DNA of 64,000 nucleotides, taken from Azolla caroliniana. Lineage: Eukaryota; Plantae; Polypodiophyta. Under the pieces are notes generated by a model. The model was not told the origin of the DNA, made no database searches, and saw nothing but the letters and a program-made list of their open reading frames with translations. Location of the stretch: assembly GCA_043228905.1 (NCBI GenBank), contig JBHGNT010000008.1, positions 17,298,001 through 17,362,000 on the forward strand. Direction: 5' to 3'. How positions within the stretch are numbered: the first letter of the stretch is position 1; each line of letters begins with the position of its first letter. Below are positions 25,700-38,859 of the stretch, in pieces. The position numbers and the translations under genes were made by a program.

Positions 25700-27090
25700 G
25701 CGAGCTGACAGAGTTGCTGAAAGGAAAGAGGGCGCTCCGAAATAAGTGGATGTATAAGCTAAAACCGGGAGATGGCGAAAATCCACCAACTTGGTATAAA
25801 GCCTACATTGTGGTGAAGGGCTTTCAGTGGAAGAAATGAGTGGATTTCGACAAAATATTTGCCCTGGTAGTAAAGATGCCATCCATCTGGACGGTGCTGA
25901 GCATTGCGGCTAGCATGGACCTTGAAGTTGGGAAACTAGATGTTAGGATGACCTTCCTGCATGGTGATCTTGAAGAAGAAATCTGTATGCAGTAACTAGA
26001 AGGATTCATCGAAAAGGGAAAGGAGAACCTAGTATGTTGGTTGAGGAAGAGCCTTTACGGATTGAAGTAGGTTCTCGGTCAATGGTACCGGAAGTTTGAA
26101 TCCTTCATGACCAACCAAGGGTACCACAAGACACAAGTCGACCACTGTGTGTTTGTGAAGAATTTCGACGAAGGAGATTTCCTCATCCTCCTACTATACG
26201 TGGACGACATGTTGATTGTTGGACAGAACCATATCAAGATCGGAATGCTGAAGAAGGTCTTGAGTAGGTCATTCTCAATGAAGGATATGGTCCGACAAGG
26301 CAGATCTTGGGAATGCACATCATCCGGGACCGAACAAAGAGACCAGCCGGCTGATTCACACATGTCGGCTGATGACAATACCGGCCGATCTACGTATGAA
26401 TACGTAATGACTTATGTAGGGGGAGTTGTCTCGTGGTAGTCGAGGTTGTAGAAGGCTGTGGTGTTATTGACCACGAAAGTGGAGTATATGGCTGTTGTAG
26501 AAGCTGACAAATAATTTGGATGAAGGAGTTCATCGGAGAGTTGGGGATTTGGCAGGAAGAATTTTGACTCTACCCTGACAACCTAAGTGCCATCCACCTT
26601 GCGAAGAATGTTGCCTACCGCTCGAGGACCAAACACATCTAGAGGAGATACACACAACGGAGAACGGATCGGACATGCTGACGAAGGTGTTGTCGGCAGA
26701 GAAGCTGGACACGTGCCAGAGACGAGTCATATTGACGAAGCACGCCATGACGGAGTGAACGGGGAGTTTGTTGGGAAACAAGTCCCTCCGAATGGGAAGA
26801 AAGCACGAGCCGTATCGGAGTTCGGAGAACCAGCTTCGAAGGAGATCGAGCCGAATGGAAAGGAGGAGTCGGATAAGTTTGGATCCGATGAAGAAGAGAG
26901 ATTGGATCTGGGTGAACCATCTGAAAATGGCCATATTTGTAAATATGTTTTGTCGCACCTATGTTGGGCCAGAATTATAAATAGCCCTAAAGTTGTATTA
27001 GTATAAATACAACTAGGGCAAATCATTGATAGATGCAAAGAATTGTCATTGTAAAGAGATAGTTTGTTGCCTCTGTAACAAAGTCGCGGC
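25700..27090 (+). mobile_element. Ty1/copia 3' fragment: decayed RT/RNaseH, PPT and truncated 3' LTR starting at 26769
   Basis: KWMYKLK, LLYVDDMLI and YVMTYVGGVVSW motifs. PPT GGGGAG precedes TGTTGGGAAACAAGTCCCTCCG. Confidence 0.85.
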
Positions 27091-27094
27091 TCTA

Positions 27095-27712
27095 GTACAC
27101 CAGATACAACCTCATGATGATCGCCAAGAGGATAGGAATCGACAGGTGCACCGGTTTCAGGATGATGATCGGCCAAGATATGATGATCGTTATCAGTCAG
27201 ATCAAAATCGACGAGATGATTATTGACCAGAGGATCGATATAATGATTAATAGCGAGAAGATGACGGCCAGGATGAGTACAAGAGGGATAGTCGTAACAG
27301 TTACAACCGCGACTATTCACCAAGGTATGATAGAAATGATCGACGCCCTTACAAAGGACATCGATATCAGGATGATAGGAGATCCTATGACCAGAGGAGA
27401 AATGATGACAATAGACAAACTAATCACCGATTCCATGACGATAGACGGGTCTACGATAATAGAAGACCCAAGGCATCTCAACAATTCCAATACAGTTCTA
27501 AAGCCCGAGATGAGCCAGAACCGCAAGATGTTCAACAATCGTGTTATGAGAATGGAGAATCTAGTGGGGTGACAGTACCAAATTGCGACATTTGCAGGAA
27601 AGATGGACACTATGCAAATCAATGTTCGACGAAAGACAAAGGAAAAGTACCAATTGTAAACATGGTAACTACAAAAGTACAAGAAGTCACCACCAAGAGT
27701 AAAGTCAAACTA
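27095..27712 (+). mobile_element. Retrotransposon gag C-terminal fragment with D/R/Y-rich low-complexity tract and zinc knuckle
   Basis: CDICRKDGHYANQC (CX2CX4HX4C) near 27584-27625, preceded by DDRY-type repeats. Confidence 0.7.
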
Positions 27713-27794
27713 TAAACAAGAACCTAACCATTAAGATAGCATATGATCATATGAAATAATAAAAGCTACTTCTTGTAATAGATTGACTATTGTA

Positions 27795-27920
27795 AATGTT
27801 CTGGAACATTCTAGAACATTCTAGAGTATCCTAGAACATCTTAGAATATTCTAGGTCTAGAACATTCTAGAATATCCTAGAACTTCTTAGAATATTCTAG
27901 GTCTAGAACATTCTAGACTA
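27795..27920. repeat. Short tandem TTCTAGAAY-type repeats, LTR-like
   Basis: More than 10 imperfect copies of a TCTAGA-centred unit. Confidence 0.7.
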
Positions 27921-28089
27921 CCCTGGTGATGGTCGGTGGACCATTACCAATTCAAGGGTCATAATTGTAAATATTATCTATTTATAAATAAAGAAAAAGA
28001 AAAAAGAAAACAAAAGAAACAGAATATCGAATCAAAATTTGGCATGATTACTTCTTGCAATATCAAATCAAATCAAAAGAACAAAAGAC

Positions 28090-31000
28090 TATCATAGACA
28101 TATGCTATGGAGGAAGGTAAAGATTGAACCCAAGACCTTGTGGTCTCTATTGGACAATCCTACCAACTGAACTACATATGCATCCTTATACCAAATCCAA
28201 CTTCATGTAATATAGATTGAATATTGGACGTTCCTAGTTTGCATGCATCCTCATTTCTAGCTTGCACACATTCTCATGCATTCTCTATTGCATGCATCGT
28301 CATGCATACTCTATTTCTAGCTAGCTTACATAGCCCTACCTTTTTGTATAAATACTTAGATGCACCTTGATTCTAATCAAGGTGAACAACACCAGTTATG
28401 GATTCTATAGGTTGAGTTCTTGTTCTTTTCCTCTCTCTTGTTTTCTAATCTTGTCTTCGCTCTGCTCTATTATACTTGTCCGTGACAGTTTGTTCACCTT
28501 CTCCTCTTCTTGCTACCATGTCCAGCTCTGTCGACAACCTAAACCAAGTCATGGCAACCTTGCAACAACTTTAGCTCGCGAATGAAATCCTTCGGGAATC
28601 ATTACGAGAGTTACAATCCAACACTTCAAGAAATCCACCACCCGCCGAGTCACAACCACTGTCGGCACCTAGCCCGACCACGTCCTCTTTCCATCCATAT
28701 GTTCTCGAACCAACCATCAGTCTACCGGATAAATTCAATGCCACGAGGGCATATTCGCAGCTTCATCAACCAAGTTCGGCTTATCATCCGGTTACAACCC
28801 CAACGATATGCTAGCGACTTTTCTCGGGTTGGGGTTGTCAGCACGCTTCTCTTCGGGCCGGCGCAAGCGGGGTTTGCACCCTTGATCGAGACCTCATCCC
28901 CTCTCTTAGAAAACTTCACCGCTTTCATTGAGGATCTTGAAGCGACATTTGGCGAGGCAGACCGGCGACGAACGACACTCACAAAGCTTTATTCTTTCCA
29001 ACGAGGCCCACGTCCAACCTTAGTCTATGCTTCAGAGTTCTGTCAGATTGCCTGCGATGTCAGTTGGTATGACCAAGCCCTATGCAACCATTTTCGTCGC
29101 GGTCTCCGAAATGACGTCAAGACTCTTCTCTTAAACTTCCCCAAGCCCACATCATTGTCTCAAGTAATCTCCCAAGCTGTCCAGTGTGACAATCGTCTCT
29201 TCGAAGTTCGTCAAGAAGAACGGGGGATTCACAGGTCTCAGGCTTCTTCCCGAAACACATCAATCGCCAGGCCCTACTTGTCTCCTACGCCAACCTTACC
29301 GTCACCTAGTGATACCCATACCACGACGGAGGTCGATTTCCATACCCTGATGGAGATCGACCACGCTCAATTCCAACCACTAACTGAAGCCCAATGCCAA
29401 CATTGTCAGGACAATGGACTCTGTCTCTATTGTGGCAACCCCGGCCATGTCATCCGCCATTGCTCGGTGCGGCCCCCCCCGGCACCAATTCCATCATGCA
29501 CGTCTTGCGGAGGTTCCTCGACAACAGGAAAACAACCAAGTCCGGCTGTAGTAGGAGCCATGCCGTTGGATGCTTCCCATTACTCACCTTCTCCATGCTC
29601 CTACAAGTCCGTTCGGCCATTAGGAGGGTTTTCTTTGCAAGTAAGTCATTGTTTTGGTTCGACTTTGAATACATTATCATGCCTTGCTCAACTTCGGAGC
29701 AACTACTTGCTTTATCAATAAATCGTTTATCCACGCACATAATATCCCCACCGTCCGCACATCACAACCCATATCCGTTGAAGCGATCAACGGTAAGGTT
29801 CTCTCTTCGGGTGCGGTTACCGAAGCCACTATCCCGTTGGTACTTCATGTCGGGGCGCATTAGGAGGAACTCACGTTCTACCTCATCGCAACCCCCTAAC
29901 ATCCGATTGTGTTGGGGCTATCTTGGTTGGAGACACACAATCCGACGGTGGATTGGTGTAACCGCTCCAACACTTTTCCAGTAAGGCCAATTCCTACTAG
30001 GTCACGACACTCTCTTGATTCCGTTGTGGTCGAGTCCGTTTTGGTCGCTACACTGGCCGTTGTGTCGGGGGATGTCACCGTTCTTGTCAACAATTTACCC
30101 GTCCGATATAGCGACTTTTCTGACATCTTCGAAAAGCGGAATGCCGATCGGTTACCGGCTCATCGCCCCTACGATTTCCCAATCGAACTCCAAGCTGGAG
30201 AGCATCCCCCATTCGGTCCTATTTATGGGTTATCTGAACCCGAACTTGAGGCTCCTCGACCGACTCCGACTGGGCATATCTTCTCCAAAATCGACCCTCG
30301 GGGCGCCTACAATTTGGTGCGCATCAAGCCTGGGGACGAGTGGAAAACGGCTTTTTGGACATGCTATGGACATTTCGAGTACAAAGTGATGCCATTTGGC
30401 CTTACCAACGGTCCGACCGTCTTCCAACACATGATGAACGATATTTTTCGAGAGTATCTCGATCATTTCGTGGTCATCTACCTTGACGACATCCTAGTTT
30501 TTTCTTCCAACTGGGAGGAGCACATGCGCCACGTCCGACTGGTTCTCATCAAACTCCGGGAATATGGGCTCTTCGTCAAAAGTGAGAAATGTAAATTCAA
30601 TCGGACCTCTGTCGAATTCCTAGTTACAGGATCTCACCTACCGGGATCACAATGGACGAACTCAAGGTAGCGGCAATCACTGATTGGCCTCTCCTGACTG
30701 TCGGGAACTGTACGCTCCCTATACGCAAAGCTCGGCCACAACCAAGCTTAGATTCATGCACAGAAAACGGATAATAAAGAACGACACAATGGAAGAGAAG
30801 AGTACGCAGGATGTTTAACGTGGAAAACCCCAAACTAGGGAAAAACCACGACAGCCCACAGGCTACAAACTATCACTAGGTTAGTATGTACAACAGTGAG
30901 TTCACGGAGGCAACGATCTCGTGCTCACGATCTTCGCCACAGGCGGCGGTTACAACAGAGGCAACGACCTCTTTCTTTCTTTCTTTCTCTCTCTCTCTCT

Positions 31001-33951
31001 CTCTCTGTACGCTGTTACGCGCTCTGATCTCACGTAGACAAGAAATAATAACAACAGTCATATAAAAAAGTTGCCCTAAGTCATATTTATACTAATATGA
31101 CTTTTCGGCTATTTACAAATATAGCCTCGATGGACTCTCAGAAACATATTTACGAATATGTCTCTTCATCCGGTTCTCACCGGGTCTGTACCATCCGGTT
31201 CTCCGTAGTCGGGTACTCCTCATCCGGTCTTCACCGGGTCTGTATCATCCCGCTCTTCGTAGCCGGGTACTCCTCATCCGGTTCATACCGGGTCTGCACC
31301 ATCCGGCTCTCCGTAGCCGGGTACTCCTCATCCGGTTCATACCGGGTCTGCACCATCCGGCTCTCCGTAGCTGGGTCCTCCTCATACGGTTTCGGCCTCG
31401 GCCGAGTTTGTTCATCGGCATTGTTCTTCCCCCTTCCCATCCGGAGGGACCTGTCTCCCAACACTGACTCGGTTGAAAGAGGTACAATCGTTTCTTGGTT
31501 TTGGAAATTTTTATAGACGATTTATAGACGGGTTCTCTTCCCTAGTCCAACCTCTCATCCAACTTAAGCGGAAAGATACTCCATTTCTTTGGACCCCCGC
31601 GACACACGATGCTTTTAATGACCTCAAAGAAACTTTTCTCTCCGCCCCTTTCTAGGTTGAAATCGACGCCTCTGACTTTGCCATAGGTGCGGTCTTGTCT
31701 CAGCTCAACGACGATGGCACCCTGCACCCGATCGCTTTCTACTCTCGGATGTTTACAACCCCAGAAATAAATTATCTGGTCTACGACATGGAGCTTGCAG
31801 TTATCATCTTGGCCTTCGCCAAATGGTGACCCTATCTTGTTGGGGCCCAACATCGTATTCAGGTGATGACTGACCAGAAGAATCTCATCTACTTCACCAC
31901 CACTCGTACATTGAATCGGAGGCAGGCTCGCTGGTCATCTTTTCTCGCCGACTACAACTTCGAAATCTTGTTTTGACCCGGCTTTCAACATGGGAAAGTA
32001 GATGCTCTCTCTTGGTGACCCGACTTTGCACTACTCCCAAGTGATGACACATTCTCAGCAATCGCATTGTTTATTGTGGTCCGATCAACTCCACATGTTT
32101 GCAACGTATATGTTGCATGATGATTCCTTGCTCAATGAGATCTCCCAAACAACCACGTCAGACCCTTTCACTACTGACATCATGGCGCGCCTCAACAACC
32201 CATCCCAGGAAATGCAAATCTCGGATCTCAGTCACTTTACAACTCAGGATGGGCTACTCTATTGTAATCACCTCCTTTAGGTACCAGCTAGCACACGTTG
32301 CATCCAAGTACTACAAACTTGCCAGACACTTTGGGGTTGCGAAAACACTGGTGTTGCTGTCTCGAGGGTTTTGGTGGCCCCAACCTTGGAAATTGGTCAA
32401 AGAATTTATCAAAACTTGTGACGTTTGTGCTTGCTCCAAAGTGGCTCACCATCGTCCATACGGCCTTCTACACCCACTTCCAATTCCCAGTTGACCTTGG
32501 GCATCTCTCTCCATGGACTTTATCACCGACCTTCTTTGGGTCGGTGACCATGACACGGTGCTAGTGTTCGTTGATTAGTTTTTGAAGATGGCTCACTTTG
32601 TTCGATGTTCGAAAACAATTTCGGGGGAGGAGACGAATGACTTTTTTCTGAAAAATGTCGTCCGATTACACGACTTCCCTAGGGATGTCCCTTCTAATCA
32701 AGGTTCTCAATTTATCTCCCACTTCTGGTGCCGACGTCTATAGACATTCGGGACTTCTGTGAACTTATTAACCGCGCACCACCCTCAAACTGATGGCCAA
32801 ACCGAAAGAGTCAACCAAATCCTTGAACAATACCTCTAGTGTACAGTTAGCTACCAACAAGATGATTGGGTAGACTTCCTTGCCATGGCGGAATTTGCCT
32901 ACAATAATAGTATCCTTTTCCCATTCTTTGCAAATTACAGTTTCCACCACCGTTTTAGCATTTCCATTCTAGAGATTTCCGTCAATCCGTCAGCCAAGAG
33001 GCGTGCCCACACCGTACAAGATGTGCATCGTGACCTCTCCCTCGAGCTCCGTGCTGATGGCAAACAATATAAAGCTCATGTTAACCGACATCGCTCGATG
33101 ACATGGTTTGGCTGCATGTCGCCACATTGCAACCACCCATCCCTGAGCAAAGCTTGACTACATAAATCTAGGCCCCTTCCGTATCCTCGAGCGCGTTAAC
33201 CCAGTCGCCTTCCAGTTAGTGCTTCCCCCCCCATTTTGGCTTCACAATGTTTTCCATGTCTTGCTCCTCGAACTCTACCATCCTTCTCGCATTCCGGGAC
33301 GACAACCTCCTCCTCCGCCACCCGTGGAATTATCGACAGGTGAGGAGTTCGAGGTTGACCGGATCCTCGACTCCCGCTTGCGTCGATGAAAACTTCAATA
33401 CTTGGTCTTATGCAAAGGTTACCCTCTTTCAGAAGCCACATGGGAACCACTTACACATTTACAAAATGCGCCGGAGGCAATTCGCGCTTTTCATCAACGA
33501 TACCCTCATAAACTGGCCGTAGGTGTTAGGAGACAACCTTAGAGGGAGGATAATGTCATAAACATATGCCACGGAGGAAGGTAGGTATTGAGCCCAAAAT
33601 CTCATGGTCTCTATTGGGCAACCCTACCAATGAAGCTACATATGCGTCCTTGTATTAAATCCAACTTCATGTAGTGTAGATTGAACATTGGAAGTTCTTA
33701 GCTTGCATGCAACCTCATTTCTAGCTTGCACACATTCTCATGCATTGTCTATTGCATGCATCGTCATGCATACTCTATTTCTAGCGGGCTTACATAGCCC
33801 TACCTTCTTGTATAAATACTCAGGTGCACCTTGATTCTAATCAAGGTGAACAACACCAGTTACGGATTCTATAAATTGAGTTCTTGTTCTTTTCCTCTCT
33901 TTTGTTTTCTAGTCTTGTCTTCGCTCTGCTCCATTATACTTGTCCATGACA
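28090..33951 (+). mobile_element. Ty3/gypsy chromovirus (Tcn1/Tf1-like), near complete but disrupted
   Basis: LTRs at 28090-28487 and 33554-33951, TSD AAGAC/CAGAC, PPT AGAGGGAGGA at 33541. Gag has CLYCGNPGHVIRHC. RT has VMPFGLTN and YLDDILVFS. RNaseH, integrase and chromodomain fragments carry stops and frameshifts. Confidence 0.95.
30699..31463 (-). mobile_element. Copia-type solo LTR inserted in the chromovirus pol
   Basis: TGTCGGGA...TCCCAACA with a perfect TSD CTGAC. Removing it restores [17 protein letters not shown]. Its end matches the LTR start at 26769. About 57-bp internal tandem repeats at 31160-31385. Confidence 0.92.
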
Positions 33952-36830
33952 CAGACTATATATGGATATGCACGATTATTATTTGGTAATTATTATGAGT
34001 GGTGGCTATTGAAGAGTCATTAATAGAATAGTTCATTCTTATGTCGCTCTGTCTCGAATTATGGACCACTTTCACACAAAAACCTTTTCAATCTGCTTTC
34101 TTGATAGAGAAAAGCACAAAGAAGCCCTAGTATACAGAAAAGCATAGGCAAACAGAGCGAAGAGCAGAGAAGCATAGGTGAACAGAGCGAAGAGCGGAGA
34201 AGCACAAACAAATAACTTGCATCCACAAAGCAAACTTTCTGATTCCTGCATAGAAGACAACGTGGTCACCAACATGAAAGAACAACAAGAAACCATGCCG
34301 ATGCAAGTTTTTGAGCACCTGCGTAACTGGCCGCAAACCAATGGGTTAGAGGGATATCTTTGAGTAGCAGATGTCAGACGTCATCCATAGGTAAGTGAAA
34401 TCATCAAACAAATTAACATTGATAAAATACAAATAAACAAGTACACCGGTATTTAAATGTCAAGAATGAGGGTTACAATGAGATGGGCATGGTCAAGACA
34501 AACATTCTTGAATCATATTTCGGGCAAAAGCGCCATAAATAAAGTTAGAGGCATTTTTCAACAGTAGAAAAAAGAAGAAAAAAGAAAAAGAAAAAAAGAA
34601 ACATAAAAAAGCAAGGCGTGGATATGAAGATTTAGGTAGGAAAAAAAGTTCATAACTTCATCCGATATCAAAATTCAAAAGAAAACATGCATTAAAAAAC
34701 CGATAACAAGAGCTCTCCAAAAAATTCTTATATGACAAATTTTAAGAGAAATAGTGATATAAAAAAATACCTGACATAAATAAAAGAAAGGAAAAGAAAA
34801 GAAAAAAGCAAGATAATGCAACCAAAAACCTATAAGTAGGAGGGTATTCTTCGCAACTGGGGGAGAAGGAAGATTAAGAAGGCTAGAGGAAGTGAGATGC
34901 TTCTTAGTAGAAGAAAGAGGGAAGAAGGAAATACTATTATCGACTAGAGTTATCGAGTTTAAAGTAGTTCTTTGGTGGGGTTGTTATTTTTAAAGTCTAA
35001 GAAGCTCGTATTGTTTTTATAATAGTATATTGAAGTATTCTTTGCTCTTCCTCTTCTCTTCTCTATCATTTTTCTATCTCTCTTCATCATCAACAACTTA
35101 CCTACAACATACAAATGAGATTTTGAGACAATGATCGATATGCGCTTCCTTCCCACCTATATATAATTTGATAGAACACTACCATCCATCATCTCCAGTC
35201 ATGTCACCTCCATTTGGTTTTCCGGCAAGAACAAAGACTTTTTCACCACCACCGACTAGATGCAAGACATTCGACTAGCCCCTCTCAACAGTTAACTAAA
35301 ATACATTTTGGAGTCCAACGTCGTGCACAATTTATTTATTTATTTTGTTGATTTATTTTGTTATACACATGCAGACCAAACATTGAGAACATCATTAATG
35401 GTGCATAACTTTTAACTGAATTTCATCATCGATATCCGAATAAGTCAAGTCCTAGTTTGTGCCTTGTGACTCGTGGAACTCCTCATTGAAGGAAGGGGAT
35501 AATGTTATGAATATGAAACTCTAAACTCATGAGTTTAAGAGATTTGAGCCCATGACCTCTTCAAGGACGACTTATAACGTTCATCGTTAAGCACTAGGCT
35601 AGATGTGACTTCAAGGTGTTTATGCATGTGAATCAACTGATCAACTATAGATATTTTTCCATATATAAATGCAAGAGTTCGAGTATAACACTTTGATACA
35701 ATGTGTTGCATTTGACCACATTTGAATTTTCTTTTTACTTAGACTAAATCGTGTCCATTCCCTACACACATTCCTCTCACAATGACAGTGTGTGTGATTA
35801 TTGCATAGGTATAGGCCAGGTGACTCATTAACTATGCATATTTTGACATGATTGAGTGCATGACCCAAGAATATCACACTTCGATACAATGTGCTCCATT
35901 CAAATCACATTCAATTTTCTTGCTTTCCGGTGCACATTGTCAATCTAGTCCTCTCCCTACACAAATTCCCCTTGGTACGATCACATTGTATGATCTCAAT
36001 TGCAATATTTTACATCGAGATTCTCCGTTCAATTCCAAATATGCTTCCTAAAGATAATTCCCTTATTTTTCCATAGGTCATATTTGACCATACAAGACAA
36101 TAATAAAATGTGTGTGTTCATTACTCTATGAATGTCTGTGCATCAAGGAGGAAGGGCCTAAATTTTATTCCGTGCATCTTTTGCCATGACCAAGTGGCAT
36201 AAGTCTCAAGTGTATGACACTCGGATAAAATGATTTGTGATCAATTTTCTTGATTTTCGATGCACATTATCAATCCTGCCCACTCCCTATACACATTATC
36301 AACGTCTGCTATCTCGATTGCACAACATTGTAAAATTCGTGAACACTGAGATTTCCTACTCTACTTAGTTCCAAATATACACCATAAAATGATTCAATTT
36401 TGGTTCCACAGTGCCGACTCCCCACACACATTCCTCTCCGTATAACAATCACAATGTGCAATCTCGATTCCAACACTCTAAAATTCGTGAACATGGAGAG
36501 TCCGTACTCTACTGAATTGGTTCCAAATAATCTCCCAAAAAATGATTCACTTTTTAGTTCCATATGTGATATTTGACCTTAGAAGACGATAATAAAATGT
36601 GGTTATATCTATTGCTCATTGAATGTCCGCACGGCAATCATAAACTACAGCAGTAGTACGTTGGCAATAATGACACTACGACAGACTCCAGGAAGGCCCC
36701 TGGCTATGTTATTCGATGCATGTACAATCAAGATGTTCTTTGATAAACTACAATTACCAATGGTAATCAAATTATTCAGTGGATGGATGGTGCGTAGATG
36801 ATGCTCATGCTGTGACCTTGAGCCTATACC

Positions 36831-37544
36831 TCAAGCTATGGTGGCCTGCACGCTGGTGGTGAGGGCATCCACTTCAGACTGCTCAATGCCGAACGTGTTC
36901 TGAAGCACGATGCTCGGCAGTGGTGGGTCTGCGGCAAAGAGGGCGGCGGCAAGCTGAGAGACCCCTGGATTCTGGCTGTTCAGGGCAGAGATGGCTAACG
37001 CTTCAATCTTCTCGTCGGGGTTGATCTGGAAGTGAGGGAGGCCACGGGGGAACACGAAGAGATCGCCGGGATAGAGCGTGGCCTGGAAGAGGGTGTTGTT
37101 GGTGGAGATGAAGCCGACGGTGAGCGTGCCCTGAGCTAGCAAGAGAACTTCGGTGGCACGGGGGTGGACATGGGGAGGGTTGAGGCCACCATTGGGTGGA
37201 AAGTCAATGCGAGCGATGGACAGGCCCAGAGTGTTGAGGCCCGGGAAGTTGTCGACAGAGGCGAGGGTGACGATCGCCTGCACGCCATTGTTGGGCCGAG
37301 GATCTGCGGCTGATGATCGCAGCAAGGTGGACGTGAAGTCGTCGGCTGTGACTTTGTAGGCAGGCTTGCACGCGCGCCCATTGATGGTGATGGCCGCATA
37401 ACCATCATCATCATCATCGGCCACACAAAAATCTTGCAATGGATCCTCGTCTGCTGCACCCGCAAGCTGTCCTGGAGCTGTGACACATATAGCTACAAAT
37501 AGAAGCCTGAGAGCTAGCAATACAGAATTGGGGAGGGAAGCCAT
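36831..37544 (-). CDS. Germin-like protein (cupin), 237 aa, intronless, secreted
   Basis: Signal peptide, DEDPLQDFCVAD box, germin box 1 GGLNPPHVHPRATE and box 2 GDLFVFPRGLPHFQIN. Likely start is MASLP at 37544, with a TATA-like tract near 37706. Confidence 0.96.
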   Translation of the reverse strand: MASLPNSVLLALRLLFVAICVTAPGQLAGAADEDPLQDFCVADDDDDGYAAITINGRACKPAYKVTADDFTSTLLRSSAADPRPNNGVQAIVTLASVDNFPGLNTLGLSIARIDFPPNGGLNPPHVHPRATEVLLLAQGTLTVGFISTNNTLFQATLYPGDLFVFPRGLPHFQINPDEKIEALAISALNSQNPGVSQLAAALFAADPPLPSIVLQNTFGIEQSEVDALTTSVQATIA

Positions 37545-38859
37545 ATCCTCACTTTGTCGGATTATAGGAGCAATGTGTAGTATATGCACTAAGCTATGCT
37601 ATGCTACGGCAGAGATGGAGAGCAAGGCGTGGAAGGGTTTGCTGGGGGAATGTGAGAGATAGAGAGAGTGTATTGGTGGATGATAGATGAGGAGGTTAGG
37701 GGATGTATATATATACGTATTTAGACATACTCTTGTGTTTCTTGAGTGCCGTATACTCTTGTGTTTCTTGAGTGTCTGTGTTTCTATAGCGATGGGGTTT
37801 GGTGGGTGCGTAGTTGTTTGCTTCCTTCGTCCGGAAGCTAAGGAGAGAGAGAGAGAGAGAGATGTGGCTCTGTCTCCGGTCTCTTGAGATGCTTCTTATG
37901 AAATTCTTAGCATTTTTTGGGCAGCTCTCTTGATAACATTCAAAAGGAGCCTTTCGTGGTTTATGAGAGGGTTTATGTGTAACGCTTATGAATTTGTAAG
38001 CTTAAGGCATATGTAATGTTTGTGAGTTTGCCTCGCAAGTTTTCTCCTCGCCCTTCCTAGTACACACCTCGCCCACTCACCCCCTCATCAACGTTACCGA
38101 TAGAACATATCCATGTGTCCATGAAAGAATTGTGTTTGCATGCTTGTCAGCTTGCTAACTAATCAGTAGTGTGTTGCCCTCTCTACATTGTTCCTAATGC
38201 ATTCCCCTACATTCCACTATGAAGAATGCACAATCTCACCCTCCTCATTTTATAGATCCTATCAGACTATGTGTGGAGCATGTTTTTTTCTCACTTTTCA
38301 CATGGTATGATAGAACCGAAACATCCTCTTCAATAGTAAATACATCTAACATGCATGCCTCTCACCTATAATTGCATTCAAAGTCACAAACACATGCGAT
38401 ATCTTTCAACATATAAGTGCGCTCTACAAATGACCTAGATGCATACGTTCAACAATCAGAATCTCTATCCAAATTGGGTTTTCTTCCTACCACTTATTGA
38501 AAATTTTGATTCTTCTCCCATAGTGGGCACCACCAATATTGTTCCATCAAGTTTAGATAGGTGGTAAACGACATTATCATTTGACATCCTAATCACCATA
38601 TATAAAGCAAACTACCAGTTTGTAAACTGTAAAATGAGTTGTGTTGGTTGTCAAAGCTCTTATAGTAAACCCACAGAAACACCTCTTTGTTAAATTTACT
38701 CAATTGAAGGTAGTGTCACCGTCAAACCATTCGTTGTCTTTGACCCTTGCTTTCCTCAATTTTATTTTTATTTTCAAATATTTTCTTCAATAGTATTAAG
38801 AAAAAATGCCCGAAGGCTACAACTTGAACTTGTTTGCCTAGAAGCTTACAACTTTTTAT

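Noticed and set aside
27114-27572. 152-aa M/I/D-rich ORF as a novel gene
   Set aside because: It is an off-frame reading of a low-complexity gag tract that leads into a CCHC zinc knuckle.
31097-31516. ORFs with 19-aa repeats on both strands
   Set aside because: They arise from 57-bp tandem repeats inside a solo LTR bounded by a TSD.
35740-36620. Diverged local repeats downstream of the minus-strand GLP
   Set aside because: Repeated motifs are visible, but I could not define unit boundaries, termini or coding potential well enough to call a feature.
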